Assembly: GCA_949737515.1 (NCBI GenBank)
Contig: CATJCP010000201.1
Span: 471-64,470, forward strand
Direction: 5' to 3'
Length of the DNA stretch: 64,000 nucleotides
Origin: an uncultured Oscillospiraceae bacterium
GTDB taxonomy: Bacteria > Bacillota > Clostridia > Oscillospirales > Ruminococcaceae
Under the pieces are notes generated by a model, which did not search any database, was not told the DNA's origin, and saw nothing but the letters and a program-made list of their open reading frames with translations. Positions 54,660-63,207 of the stretch are shown piece by piece; position 1 is the first letter of the stretch; each line of letters begins with the position of its first letter. Made by a program: the position numbers and the translations under genes.

Positions 54660-56003
54660 CTACCCGCCGTACCCATACCGCTTCCGATATTTTATCATAA
54701 AGGACACCGCCATGGCGGTTCCCAAAAGCTCTGCCATTGGCATAGCCAGCCAAACGCCGGCAACGCCTCCCAGCAGCAGGGGGAGCAGTTCAATACAGGC
54801 CACCGTAAACAGGAAGGAGCGGGAAAAGGCCAACACTGCGGAGACGGCGCCGTTGGACAGGGCGGTAAACATCCCGCTGGCAAATACGTTGACCCCAACG
54901 AACAGCAGAGCGAAGGAACAGATGCGGTTGCCGGTTACCGCCAGATCGTAGACGGGGCTGTCCGGCGTGGTAAAAATGCCGACTAAGGATGGGGTTACCG
55001 CAAAGGAGACAGCGGTACAGGCCACAGAGGTTGTCACAAGGAGGCGGGCGCTGAACCCGATCAGTTTTTTCAGCTTGTCCCGGTTCTGTTCCCCATGGTA
55101 GTAGCTGATCATGGGGGCGGTTCCGTAGGTGTAACCGATAAACAGGGCGCTGACAAACATCATCACATACATGATAATGGTGATGGCTGCCACCCCGTCC
55201 TCCCCTATGTACCGAAGCATAGCCAGATTGAACAGCAGCGTTGTGATACCGGAAACCAGGGAGGTGGCCAGCTCCGAAAGGCCGTTGGCGGAGGCGTGGA
55301 GCAGTACCTTCCACCGCCAGGCCGGCCTTTGAAAGTGGAGCAGGCTGTCCCGGCGGCGGAACACCCAAAGGCCCGCCACCGCGGTGATGGAGTACCCCAG
55401 GCCGGTGGCAATGGCCGCGCCCCGAATCCCCATACCCAGCATCCCGATAAACACAAAATCCAAAACGATATTGGTGATTCCCCCCGCCACCGTACAGGCC
55501 AGGGAAAGGCGGGAGCGTCCGGCGGCAATCAGATAAAGGGAGAAGTTGTACATCAGCAGAATGGGGATGGTAAACAGGAGGTAGCAGCCCAGATAGGACC
55601 GGCAGTAGGCGAATATCTCTGCAGACAGCCCCATTGCCCCCAGCAGCGTGTCCATCAGGCCGTAGCCCAGGAGCATCATAGCCGCCCCCACAGCGGCGTT
55701 GGTCAAAATCAGCAGGGTGAAGTCCTCCCGCGCTTCCTGTTCCTTTCCCTCGCCCATCTTCTTCATGACCGCCGCGCTGCCCCCGGTGGCCAGCATACCG
55801 GAGATGGCGGTGATCAGCCCAATGGCCGGCGCGGTGAGGTTGATGGCGGACAGCGCATTGGTCCCGATCAGATTGGAGACAAACAGCCCGTCCACCATGG
55901 TGTAGAAGGTGTTGAACACTGTCATCAGTATGGTTGGAAAGGCGAAGCGGAGGATATTCCGCCCTGTGACCGGCCTGCGGTAGGCCTCCAGCTTGTCGTT
56001 CAT
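54660..56003 (-). CDS. MATE family efflux transporter
   Basis: ILRFAFPTILMTVFNTFYTMVDGLFVSNLIGTNALSA N-terminus, 12 hydrophobic segments. The ATG overlaps the upstream stop (ATGA). Confidence 0.85.
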   Translation of the reverse strand: MNDKLEAYRRPVTGRNILRFAFPTILMTVFNTFYTMVDGLFVSNLIGTNALSAINLTAPAIGLITAISGMLATGGSAAVMKKMGEGKEQEAREDFTLLILTNAAVGAAMMLLGYGLMDTLLGAMGLSAEIFAYCRSYLGCYLLFTIPILLMYNFSLYLIAAGRSRLSLACTVAGGITNIVLDFVFIGMLGMGIRGAAIATGLGYSITAVAGLWVFRRRDSLLHFQRPAWRWKVLLHASANGLSELATSLVSGITTLLFNLAMLRYIGEDGVAAITIIMYVMMFVSALFIGYTYGTAPMISYYHGEQNRDKLKKLIGFSARLLVTTSVACTAVSFAVTPSLVGIFTTPDSPVYDLAVTGNRICSFALLFVGVNVFASGMFTALSNGAVSAVLAFSRSFLFTVACIELLPLLLGGVAGVWLAMPMAELLGTAMAVSFMIKYRKRYGYGG

Positions 56004-57025
56004 CTTGCCCCCTCCCCATTGCGGTAATCAATGTCCTGGGAATCGCCCAGAGGGAAGGCGCGCACCTGGCCGCGGCTTTCCGGCCCTAGAGGACGCACTG
56101 CGGAGATCCGGCGGTTTTTGGAAGGGGCAAAGTAGTACACGCCGCTTTCAGCGCACATCACGGAGATGCAGAGGGTCTGCTCATAGACCTCATGGGCGGG
56201 GTCCGCTTTTACAAGGCCCTCTGGGATATCCACTAGGGAGAAGACCCGGAACATCCTGGACACGCCATCTACCTCGTTTTCCCCTTGGACGGCAAACTCC
56301 TTTGCAAAGGCTGTCCGCACAAAGCGGGAGGGGGAAGAAAAATCTCCCGGAAGCCCAAAGCCGCCTCCCAGCCGTTCCCCAAATTCCCGGATTTCATGGC
56401 CCGCAATGGTCTGGGAGGGTTTGGGCAGGTTGTTCACCCCCACATAGTTTCGAAGATTGGTCAGGTGCCACAGATAGTTGGGGCTGTTGGTCAGCACGCC
56501 GATGGTCCGCCGGTGGATGGACAGCCCCTCTGGATCCGGCTCCACTATAATTGTTTCGCCCTTCCGTCCGCTGAAAATGTAGTGGGCTGCCAAGGGGCTG
56601 CCCTGGGTGAGATCGTCTTCCAGGGCGATGGAGGACAAAGCCTCTGCGGCCTCATCCACCCCGGTACACTGGCTGAGGAGCCAGGCGACCAGCCGCCCAG
56701 GGTGGACCGTTTTTTTGCCAGGCTGTTTTTCCCCGCTGTATGCCGCATACCCGGGATAGTGGAGCAGGGCGCCCATCAGCCCGGCAGTGTTGACGCCGTC
56801 CACCAGAATCGGCTCTCCAAAGCCCATGACCGCCATTCCGGCGTACCCGTATTTGCCGGGGACAGACCGGCCTTTCCCGGTAAGGCCGGCAGCGCAGGGC
56901 GCGCCTTCTGCGGCCGCGAAAATCTGATTGGCCCTTAGATCCCCGAACTGATCGTAGGTCCGCCCCAAAAGGTGGAGTCCATCCTTGGTCTCCCAGGAAA
57001 AGCTGCTGCATCCGAATTCCATCAT
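56000..57025 (-). CDS. choloylglycine-hydrolase-family Ntn hydrolase (penicillin V acylase / bile-salt hydrolase-like)
   Basis: MMEFG-CSSFSWETKDGLHLLGRTYDQ carries the N-terminal nucleophile Cys in a CSS context. LTNSPNY and GLPGDFSSPSRF are typical CGH motifs. Confidence 0.85.
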   Translation of the reverse strand: MMEFGCSSFSWETKDGLHLLGRTYDQFGDLRANQIFAAAEGAPCAAGLTGKGRSVPGKYGYAGMAVMGFGEPILVDGVNTAGLMGALLHYPGYAAYSGEKQPGKKTVHPGRLVAWLLSQCTGVDEAAEALSSIALEDDLTQGSPLAAHYIFSGRKGETIIVEPDPEGLSIHRRTIGVLTNSPNYLWHLTNLRNYVGVNNLPKPSQTIAGHEIREFGERLGGGFGLPGDFSSPSRFVRTAFAKEFAVQGENEVDGVSRMFRVFSLVDIPEGLVKADPAHEVYEQTLCISVMCAESGVYYFAPSKNRRISAVRPLGPESRGQVRAFPLGDSQDIDYRNGEGAR

Positions 57026-57159
57026 AATAGATACCTCCTGTTAATATATGTCTTCGGTGAAAATTGCCCCAAATCCCGGCTGTAAGGGAAGTTATATATG
57101 GTTTTTGCAGTTTTGGCGCAATTTTTTAGTAGTCCTGGTATTATTTTGCCCTGACGGGC

Positions 57160-57188
57160 TTGCAAAAATACCTGACAGGTAGTATCAT
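57160..57188 (+). promoter_or_regulatory. sigma-A-like promoter of the MerR gene with a palindrome in the spacer
   Basis: TTGCAA, 17 nt, TATCAT. The spacer contains TACCTG-A-CAGGTA (57169-57181). Confidence 0.5.
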
Positions 57189-57245
57189 AAACCGTGTGGT
57201 GGCAACGCAGTCAAGAGTTTTTTTGTATTTTGAGAGGAGATTTTT

Positions 57246-58079
57246 ATGGATGTTCCAAAGGGCGGACTAACCTCTATGGCCTTTGCCCGGCTGTGCGGGA
57301 CCACCAAGGAGACGCTGCGGCACTACAAGGACACCGGACTCCTTGTTCCCCGGCGGCAGGGGGAGAACGGGTATTTTTATTACGACGCGGAACAGTTTTA
57401 CGATTTTTACGCGATATCCATCTTCCGTCAGACCGGGACGCCTTTGGAGGAAATACGGCGATGCCTGCAAAATCAGGACGCGGGGGAGACCCTCGCCCTG
57501 CTCCAGGAACAGCAGGAGCGGTTGAACAGACAGCGCCGGAAGCTGGAGCAGATGGAGTTTGTGCTCTCCAGCACAATCGGCAGCCTGGAGATGGGGCGTG
57601 TTCCGGATATGATCCCCAGGACCTCCTTCTTTGAGACGGAGCGCCTCCTTGCCATCCCAACAGAGGAGCTGGAAGGAATGGTGAACCCATGGGAGGGGGA
57701 TGACGGAAGGCTGATCACCGTGCTGGAACGGTGCCGAACCCTGTGTCAGGAGTACGGGCTGCAGGCAGATCTGCGCCTGGGAGCCGTCCACCCAAGGATA
57801 GAAGAAGGGGCCATCAGCCATCTTTATACCCGGATTAAAGAAAAATCGGACTGCCCCTATTATATGGAGAAGCCCGCCGGAACCTATTTATATCTTTGCT
57901 GCCGGGGAAATTGGGATATCTCCCGGGGATACGCCGCGCTGGCAGCATATATTGGGGAACAGCAGCTGGAGACAGCAGGGAGCCTTTATGCCTGTGATCT
58001 GGCTGGGTTTATTTTAAACGGCGTGGAGCAAAACGCGGCGACCATGCTCTCTATACGGCTTCAAGGGGGACAGATGTGA
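57246..58079 (+). CDS. MerR-family transcriptional regulator with GyrI-like effector-binding domain (BmrR-type)
   Basis: MAFARLCGTTKETLRHYKDTGLLVP...YFYYDAEQFYDFYAISIFRQTGTPLEEIRRCL (wHTH plus coiled coil). The C-terminal ~150 aa has GyrI-like size and pattern. Confidence 0.85.
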   Translation: MDVPKGGLTSMAFARLCGTTKETLRHYKDTGLLVPRRQGENGYFYYDAEQFYDFYAISIFRQTGTPLEEIRRCLQNQDAGETLALLQEQQERLNRQRRKLEQMEFVLSSTIGSLEMGRVPDMIPRTSFFETERLLAIPTEELEGMVNPWEGDDGRLITVLERCRTLCQEYGLQADLRLGAVHPRIEEGAISHLYTRIKEKSDCPYYMEKPAGTYLYLCCRGNWDISRGYAALAAYIGEQQLETAGSLYACDLAGFILNGVEQNAATMLSIRLQGGQM

Positions 58080-58103
58080 AATAGCAGGCCCTCTGGCTTG
58101 CGG

Positions 58104-58139
58104 GCAAAAAAATTTGGCGGAGAAAACCTCCGCCAAATT
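58104..58139 (-). terminator. intrinsic terminator after the DUF362 gene
   Basis: AATTTGGCGGAG-N5-CTCCGCCAAATT (perfect 12-bp arms), with a T-run on the minus strand. Confidence 0.75.
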
Positions 58140-58167
58140 AACAGCAGCTGATGGGTTTTTAAGGGGA

Positions 58168-59037
58168 TCAATCCAGGGTGATCAGCTCATACTCCCTGGT
58201 CCCAACCCCCAGGGCGGCGGCGGATTCCACGGTCCGCAGTCCGTTTTTGGATTCAATGCGCTGGATAAGGTCCCTTTTGCCGGGATCGTCGGACTGGTAC
58301 ACCAGATCCAGGCAGGCCTGGTCCAGGGCCACCGGGTCCAGGGAGGAAAGGATGCCGATATCGGCGATCTTGGGGTCCTCGGCCACAGAGCAGCAGTCGC
58401 AGTCCACCGACATATTGCGCATAATGTTGATATAGGCGATATTCCCCTGGAAGAAATCCTTAATGGATAGGCAGGCGTCCGCCATAGAGTCCAGGAACTG
58501 GTTATGATCAGAGGACCATATTTTTTTCTCATTTCCCGCGCCGTGGATATACGCCTTCCCATGGGAGGAGGCAATGCCGATGGAGATGTTTTTCAGGGCC
58601 CCGCCGAAGCCGCCCATGGGATGCCCCTTAAAGTGGCTCAGCACCAGCATGGAGTCGTAGTTTTTCAGATGTCCGCCCACAAAGTTTTTCTTGATCTGCT
58701 TTCCGGTGGGGATCGGAAGCTCCAGGTCGCCCTCCTCATCCATGATATCCACAGCCGCAATATCGGTCCAGCCGTGGAGCTTCATGGTGTTCCAGTGGTC
58801 CCGTGAAGAATACCGTTTGCCCTCATAGGCGGTGTTGCACTCAACAATGGTGCCCTTTACATAGTCCAGCATGGGCTTCATAAAGTCCGGCCGGATAAAA
58901 TTTTGGTTGCCGACCTCGCCGGAGTGAACCTTAACTGCCACCTTGCCGGGAAGCTGTATCCCAAGGGCCTCGTATAATTGGATCATTGCCGCTGAATTTA
59001 GGCTTCGGGTAAAGTAAACCTTTGCTTTTTCCGCCAT
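58168..59037 (-). CDS. DUF362 domain protein
   Basis: VYFTRSLNSAAMIQLYEALG...KVAVKVHSGEVGNQNFIRPDF...GHPMGGFGGALKNISIG matches the DUF362 pattern. Cys cluster MSVDCDCC. Confidence 0.75.
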   Translation of the reverse strand: MAEKAKVYFTRSLNSAAMIQLYEALGIQLPGKVAVKVHSGEVGNQNFIRPDFMKPMLDYVKGTIVECNTAYEGKRYSSRDHWNTMKLHGWTDIAAVDIMDEEGDLELPIPTGKQIKKNFVGGHLKNYDSMLVLSHFKGHPMGGFGGALKNISIGIASSHGKAYIHGAGNEKKIWSSDHNQFLDSMADACLSIKDFFQGNIAYINIMRNMSVDCDCCSVAEDPKIADIGILSSLDPVALDQACLDLVYQSDDPGKRDLIQRIESKNGLRTVESAAALGVGTREYELITLD

Positions 59038-59413
59038 TTGTTTCGCTTCCTTTCTGAATAATGGAAAATTCTGCTTTTATTATACTACATAAAGCGGACT
59101 CTAAGTCAAGGGGAAATGTACGTCTCTCCATCTCACGGCTGCCGTCGTTTGTCTCCGGAGAGGCTTTTAGATGGCAGCTGTTACATTTCGTTTAATACTC
59201 CAAATATCACAAATAAAGTTTGTGATATTTTGCTATTTTTCTTCCTCTATTGCCCGCTATAAAGGTGTAAATTGAGGTAAAAAACCTGATTTTGTCCCCG
59301 TTTGCCGGGAAAAGGCAGGACAAAATCCCCTTTTGCCAAAGCATTTTAGAGCAAATAGCCCTCGCTTTGCCATATCATGCGGTAAAACACTGCAATTCAA
59401 ATGAAAAACTCAA

Positions 59414-59452
59414 AAACAAATGTTTGATTTTTTCTCAAAAAATTGGTATGAT
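59414..59452 (+). promoter_or_regulatory. lexA promoter with overlapping SOS-box-like palindrome
   Basis: AAAC-AAAT-GTTT (59414-59425) overlaps the -35. TTGATT (59424-59429), 17 nt, TGG-TATGAT (59447-59452). Confidence 0.5.
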
Positions 59453-59591
59453 AGAAATAACGAAATAACAAAACCTTCAAGGCAGAAAACCTTTATCCTG
59501 CCGCAGGCCGCCAAGGGGCCGGAACATTTTTAACATGTGTATTAACGTATCTGCAATCATCTATCTGCGATACAGTAAAGGAGTTACCGCT

Positions 59592-60194
59592 ATGGGCAAA
59601 CAGGAAATTATGGAGCAAAGGATTCTCACTTACATCAACGAGCGGATATCCGAAGGAGTGCCTCCTTCCATTCGCGAGATATGCGCCGCCCTTTCCATCA
59701 AGTCCACATCAACGGTACACCGCTACCTGAAATCCCTTGAGGACAAGGGGCTGCTGATGCGGGGCCAGAACCTGAACCGGTCCATCCGCCTCGCCTCCGC
59801 AGGTTCTGAACGGGACAGAACCATCAACGTCCCCCTGGTGGGAACGGTCACCGCCGGCCAGCCGATTCTGGCAGTGGAGGAGATAGAGGGGTATGTTCCC
59901 TTCCGGACAGACCGCTACCGTTCCGACGAACTCTTTGCCCTCCATGTCCGGGGGGAGAGCATGATAAACGCCGGTATTCTGGATGAGGATATTATCATCG
60001 CCAGAAAAACCCCTTATGCCCGCAATGGGGAGATCGTTGTGGCGTTAATTGAGGACGAGGCAACGGTCAAGACCTTTTACAAGGAAAAGGGGCATTACCG
60101 CCTTCAGCCGGAGAACGACTATATGGACCCGATTATTGTGGACAGCGTTTCCATTTTAGGGAAGGTTGTATCTCTGCTGCGGTTCTTTGAGTGA
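59592..60194 (+). CDS. lexA: LexA repressor
   Basis: N-terminal wHTH (SIREICAALSIKSTSTVHRYLKSLEDKGLL). Ala-Gly cleavage region (LASAGS), Ser nucleophile VRGESMINAGI, Lys EATVKTF. ATG 59592 follows AAAGGAG. Confidence 0.95.
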   Translation: MGKQEIMEQRILTYINERISEGVPPSIREICAALSIKSTSTVHRYLKSLEDKGLLMRGQNLNRSIRLASAGSERDRTINVPLVGTVTAGQPILAVEEIEGYVPFRTDRYRSDELFALHVRGESMINAGILDEDIIIARKTPYARNGEIVVALIEDEATVKTFYKEKGHYRLQPENDYMDPIIVDSVSILGKVVSLLRFFE

Positions 60195-60294
60195 TCGTAA
60201 CCCTCTCCCCAAATGGATAGAATAACATCCTTTGGGATCGGGCTTGAGGTTACAGGGTATAGGCGATAGGTTAACAGGTTAGGAGGAAGCCAAA

Positions 60295-61821
60295 TTGTTC
60301 TGCCGCATCAAAAGCATGGGGGTTTCCGGCATTGAGGCCTTTCCCGTCCATGTGGAAGTCGATACCTCCCGGGGGATGCCCTCCTTTGAGCTGGTGGGCC
60401 TGCCGGACGCCGCTGTCCGGGAATCCCGGGACCGGGTGCGCTCCGCTGTCAACAACAGCGGCCTGACCTTCCCGGTTTCCCGCATCCTGGTCAACCTTGC
60501 CCCTGCCGATGTGCGGAAAACCGGCCCTCTTTATGATCTTCCCATCCTCATGGGAATCCTTCGCGCCACCAATCAGGTACAGTTCCCGGAGGAGGAGTTC
60601 TGCTTTATCGGTGAGCTCTCCCTCTCCGGGGTCTGCGTGCAGATCAGCGGCGTGCTTTCTATGGCCATTGAGGCCAAAAAGCAGGGATGCCGCTACATAT
60701 GCGTCCCGGAGGAAAATGCCCCCGAGGCCGCGGCAGTGGAGGGAATTCAGGTGGTCCCCGTCCGGTCCGTTTCCCAGCTGGTAAAGGAACTCAATGGGGA
60801 GCTTCCCCTGGGGCGCCAGGGTTCGGAGCCGTTCCAGCCCTCCCACCAGCAGTATCCGGTGGACTTTTCCGATGTAAAGGGCCAGCGGTTTGCCAAGCGG
60901 GCGATGGAGATTGCGGCGGCGGGGAGCCATCACATCCTGCTGATCGGCCCGCCTGGTTTAGGGAAGAGTATGCTGGCCAAGCGGCTGCCCACCATCCTGC
61001 CGGAGATGACCTTTGAGGAGGCCATTGAAACCACCAAGATCCACTCGGTGGCCGGCATTCTCCCCAAGGGGCAGGCCCTGATCCAGGAGCGGCCCTTCCG
61101 CTCTCCTCACCACTCGGTTTCCGCGGCAGGCCTTTCCGGCGGCGGCAGCATCCCCAAGCCTGGGGAGATTTCCCTGGCCCACAACGGGGTTTTGTTTTTG
61201 GATGAGTTTCCCGAGTTTAACCGCGCTGCGCTGGAACCCCTCCGCCAGCCTATGGAGGACGGGACCATCACCATTTCCCGCGCCCAGGGGCGGCTCACCT
61301 ATCCTTGCTCCGTGATGCTGGCCGCTGCCATGAACCCCTGTCCCTGCGGCTTTTTCGGCCATCCCACCAGAAAATGTACCTGTTCGCCGCTGACGGTTTC
61401 CAAATACCTTTCCCGCATCAGCGGGCCTATGCTGGACCGGCTGGACCTGCATGTGGAGGTTATGCCGGTGGAGTTTGAAACCCTTTCCTCCACTGAAAAG
61501 GCGGAATCCTCCGCAGCCATTCGGGAGCGGGTAAACCGTGCCCGAAAACGGCAGCTGGCCCGAATGGAGCAGACCCATGTGCCCTGCAACGCCAGGCTGT
61601 CCCCCGGGGCCATGGAAAAGGTGTGCGTACTGGCTGGTTCAGCCAAAAAGATGCTTCAGCAGGCCTTTGAGAGGATGGGAATGTCGGCCAGAGCTTACGA
61701 CCGCATTTTAAAGGTTGCGAGAACGGTGGCGGATCTTGATGGCTGTGAGACAATTGACGCCGGGCACATTGCCCAGGCCATACAATACCGGAGCCTGGAC
61801 CGGAAATACTGGGAGAGGTAG
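60295..61821 (+). CDS. comM: YifB/ComM family Mg-chelatase-like AAA+ ATPase
   Basis: Lon-protease-like N-domain (GIEAFPVHVEVDTSRGMPSFELVGLPDAAVRESRDRV). Walker A GPPGLGKSM, Walker B VLFLDEFPEF, zinc-like CPCGFFGHPTRKCTC. TTG start 8 nt after AGGAGG. Confidence 0.9.
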   Translation: MFCRIKSMGVSGIEAFPVHVEVDTSRGMPSFELVGLPDAAVRESRDRVRSAVNNSGLTFPVSRILVNLAPADVRKTGPLYDLPILMGILRATNQVQFPEEEFCFIGELSLSGVCVQISGVLSMAIEAKKQGCRYICVPEENAPEAAAVEGIQVVPVRSVSQLVKELNGELPLGRQGSEPFQPSHQQYPVDFSDVKGQRFAKRAMEIAAAGSHHILLIGPPGLGKSMLAKRLPTILPEMTFEEAIETTKIHSVAGILPKGQALIQERPFRSPHHSVSAAGLSGGGSIPKPGEISLAHNGVLFLDEFPEFNRAALEPLRQPMEDGTITISRAQGRLTYPCSVMLAAAMNPCPCGFFGHPTRKCTCSPLTVSKYLSRISGPMLDRLDLHVEVMPVEFETLSSTEKAESSAAIRERVNRARKRQLARMEQTHVPCNARLSPGAMEKVCVLAGSAKKMLQQAFERMGMSARAYDRILKVARTVADLDGCETIDAGHIAQAIQYRSLDRKYWER

Positions 61822-61902
61822 GGCCCCAGAGAGAACGGAAAAGTTCCAAGTGCAGTATCAAGCTGCCCATATAGCTGCGGAAAAAGCGGCAAAAGGACGG
61901 TG

Positions 61903-63087
61903 ATGCAATTGAAGACGCTGGTTGAACTGTTTGACCTGGAAAACACTTTAGACAATATTCTGGCAAGCCATATCTTCCGCCCGGAGCGGGTGGTGTTCCT
62001 CACCGACGAGCGGAGGGAATGTATATCCAGGATATGGGAGATTGAGCGGGCCCTTACCCGCAAATACCCGGGAATGAAGTTTACCATCCAGCCCCTGAAC
62101 ACCAGCCGCAATGTGGATGAGGTGTGCGAGCGGCTTATGGCCACCTGCCCCGACCCGGTCTTTGACCTGACAGGGGGAAGCGACGCCATCAGCTTTGCCA
62201 TTATGGAGCTGTGCCACAGGCGGTTCCGCCCCTGCTTCTGCATAGACTGGCGGGAGGGGGTTCTCCTGTGCTCAGAGGCAGCGGAGGACTACAAAAAGGA
62301 ATTCCAGATGCCCACCCTTTTGCTGGAGGACTTCCTGGAGGCCAACGGCGCCATGATTCTGCGAAAGATGCACTCCACCCCGCCGGAGAAAAGGTATGAC
62401 GCAATCCTCGCCTTTTTCCAGGAAACCCTGAAGCGGCCCAAGGAATGGCTGATGTTCTGCCGGTTTCTCCAGCAGGCGGCGGCAGAGGCCAGCCGGAAGC
62501 GCCATCCCGCTGTGATCCAGTGCAAACATTCCATCTCCGACCCCAACGGCAAAGTTGCCCAGTTCCGGCCTGACTTCGCCCAGCTTGCCTACCGCCTCGG
62601 GTTTCTGAAAAACCTGGAGATTACCCCCAACCAGATACATATGAGGTTTGCGGATGATACCTCTCTGCGGTATCTGACCTCTCAGGGGACCTGGCTGGAG
62701 CTGTACTGCTTTATTATGGCCCGGAGGACAGGGTGGTTCCACGAATGCCAGATGAGCGTGGTTATTGACTGGGACGGCATCCCCCAGCGGCGGGACAATG
62801 TGGTCAATGAGATCGACGTGATGCTGATACGGGGGATTACGCCGGTTTTTATCTCCTGCAAAACCTCGGTGCCCAATACGGAGAGCCTGAATGAGATCGA
62901 GCTTTATGCCAAAAAGCTGGGCGGGGCGGGAGCAAAATCCATGCTGGTGACCACCGCGGACCTGAGCAATGCGCCCACTGTCCGGGTGCGGGCCAAGGAG
63001 CTGGACTTGATTTTGGTCGAACGGGAGGATCTGCTGAAAGAGGACGGCATCCTGCCCTTTTTGAAGCGGGCGGGGAATGTTCCGTAA
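61903..63087 (+). CDS. Card1/Can2-like protein: N-terminal CARF-like Rossmann domain + C-terminal PD-(D/E)xK (DUF1887) nuclease-like domain
   Basis: CARF-like VVFLTDERRE...PVFDLTGGSDAISFAIME (hxxTGGx motif). C-terminal GTWLELYCFIMARR ... NEIDVMLIRGITPVFISCKTS is a D...x-C-K restriction-endonuclease-fold motif, with Ser where the family usually has Glu. Confidence 0.65.
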   Translation: MQLKTLVELFDLENTLDNILASHIFRPERVVFLTDERRECISRIWEIERALTRKYPGMKFTIQPLNTSRNVDEVCERLMATCPDPVFDLTGGSDAISFAIMELCHRRFRPCFCIDWREGVLLCSEAAEDYKKEFQMPTLLLEDFLEANGAMILRKMHSTPPEKRYDAILAFFQETLKRPKEWLMFCRFLQQAAAEASRKRHPAVIQCKHSISDPNGKVAQFRPDFAQLAYRLGFLKNLEITPNQIHMRFADDTSLRYLTSQGTWLELYCFIMARRTGWFHECQMSVVIDWDGIPQRRDNVVNEIDVMLIRGITPVFISCKTSVPNTESLNEIELYAKKLGGAGAKSMLVTTADLSNAPTVRVRAKELDLILVEREDLLKEDGILPFLKRAGNVP

Positions 63088-63207
63088 AGCCTCGCTGGTA
63101 CAGCAGTCCGACGTAAACTGGGCGAAGGGCATGTTAAAGAGTATCTTCAGCATAAACGCAGCAACCCATTGAAGGAGTTGCACCTTCCGAAGGGAGAATT
63201 CATTTTT

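Noticed and set aside
54790-56031. 413-aa ORF on the same strand as the MATE gene but in another frame; antisense 310-aa ORF at 55095-56027
   Set aside because: The translation is Arg/Gly/Pro-rich and non-membrane. The MATE frame gives 12 clean hydrophobic segments and a coupled ATGA start.
59521-59537. GAACATTTTTAACATGT in the lexA leader as a second SOS box
   Set aside because: It does not form a GAAC-N4-GTTC/T palindrome; the right half-site is missing.
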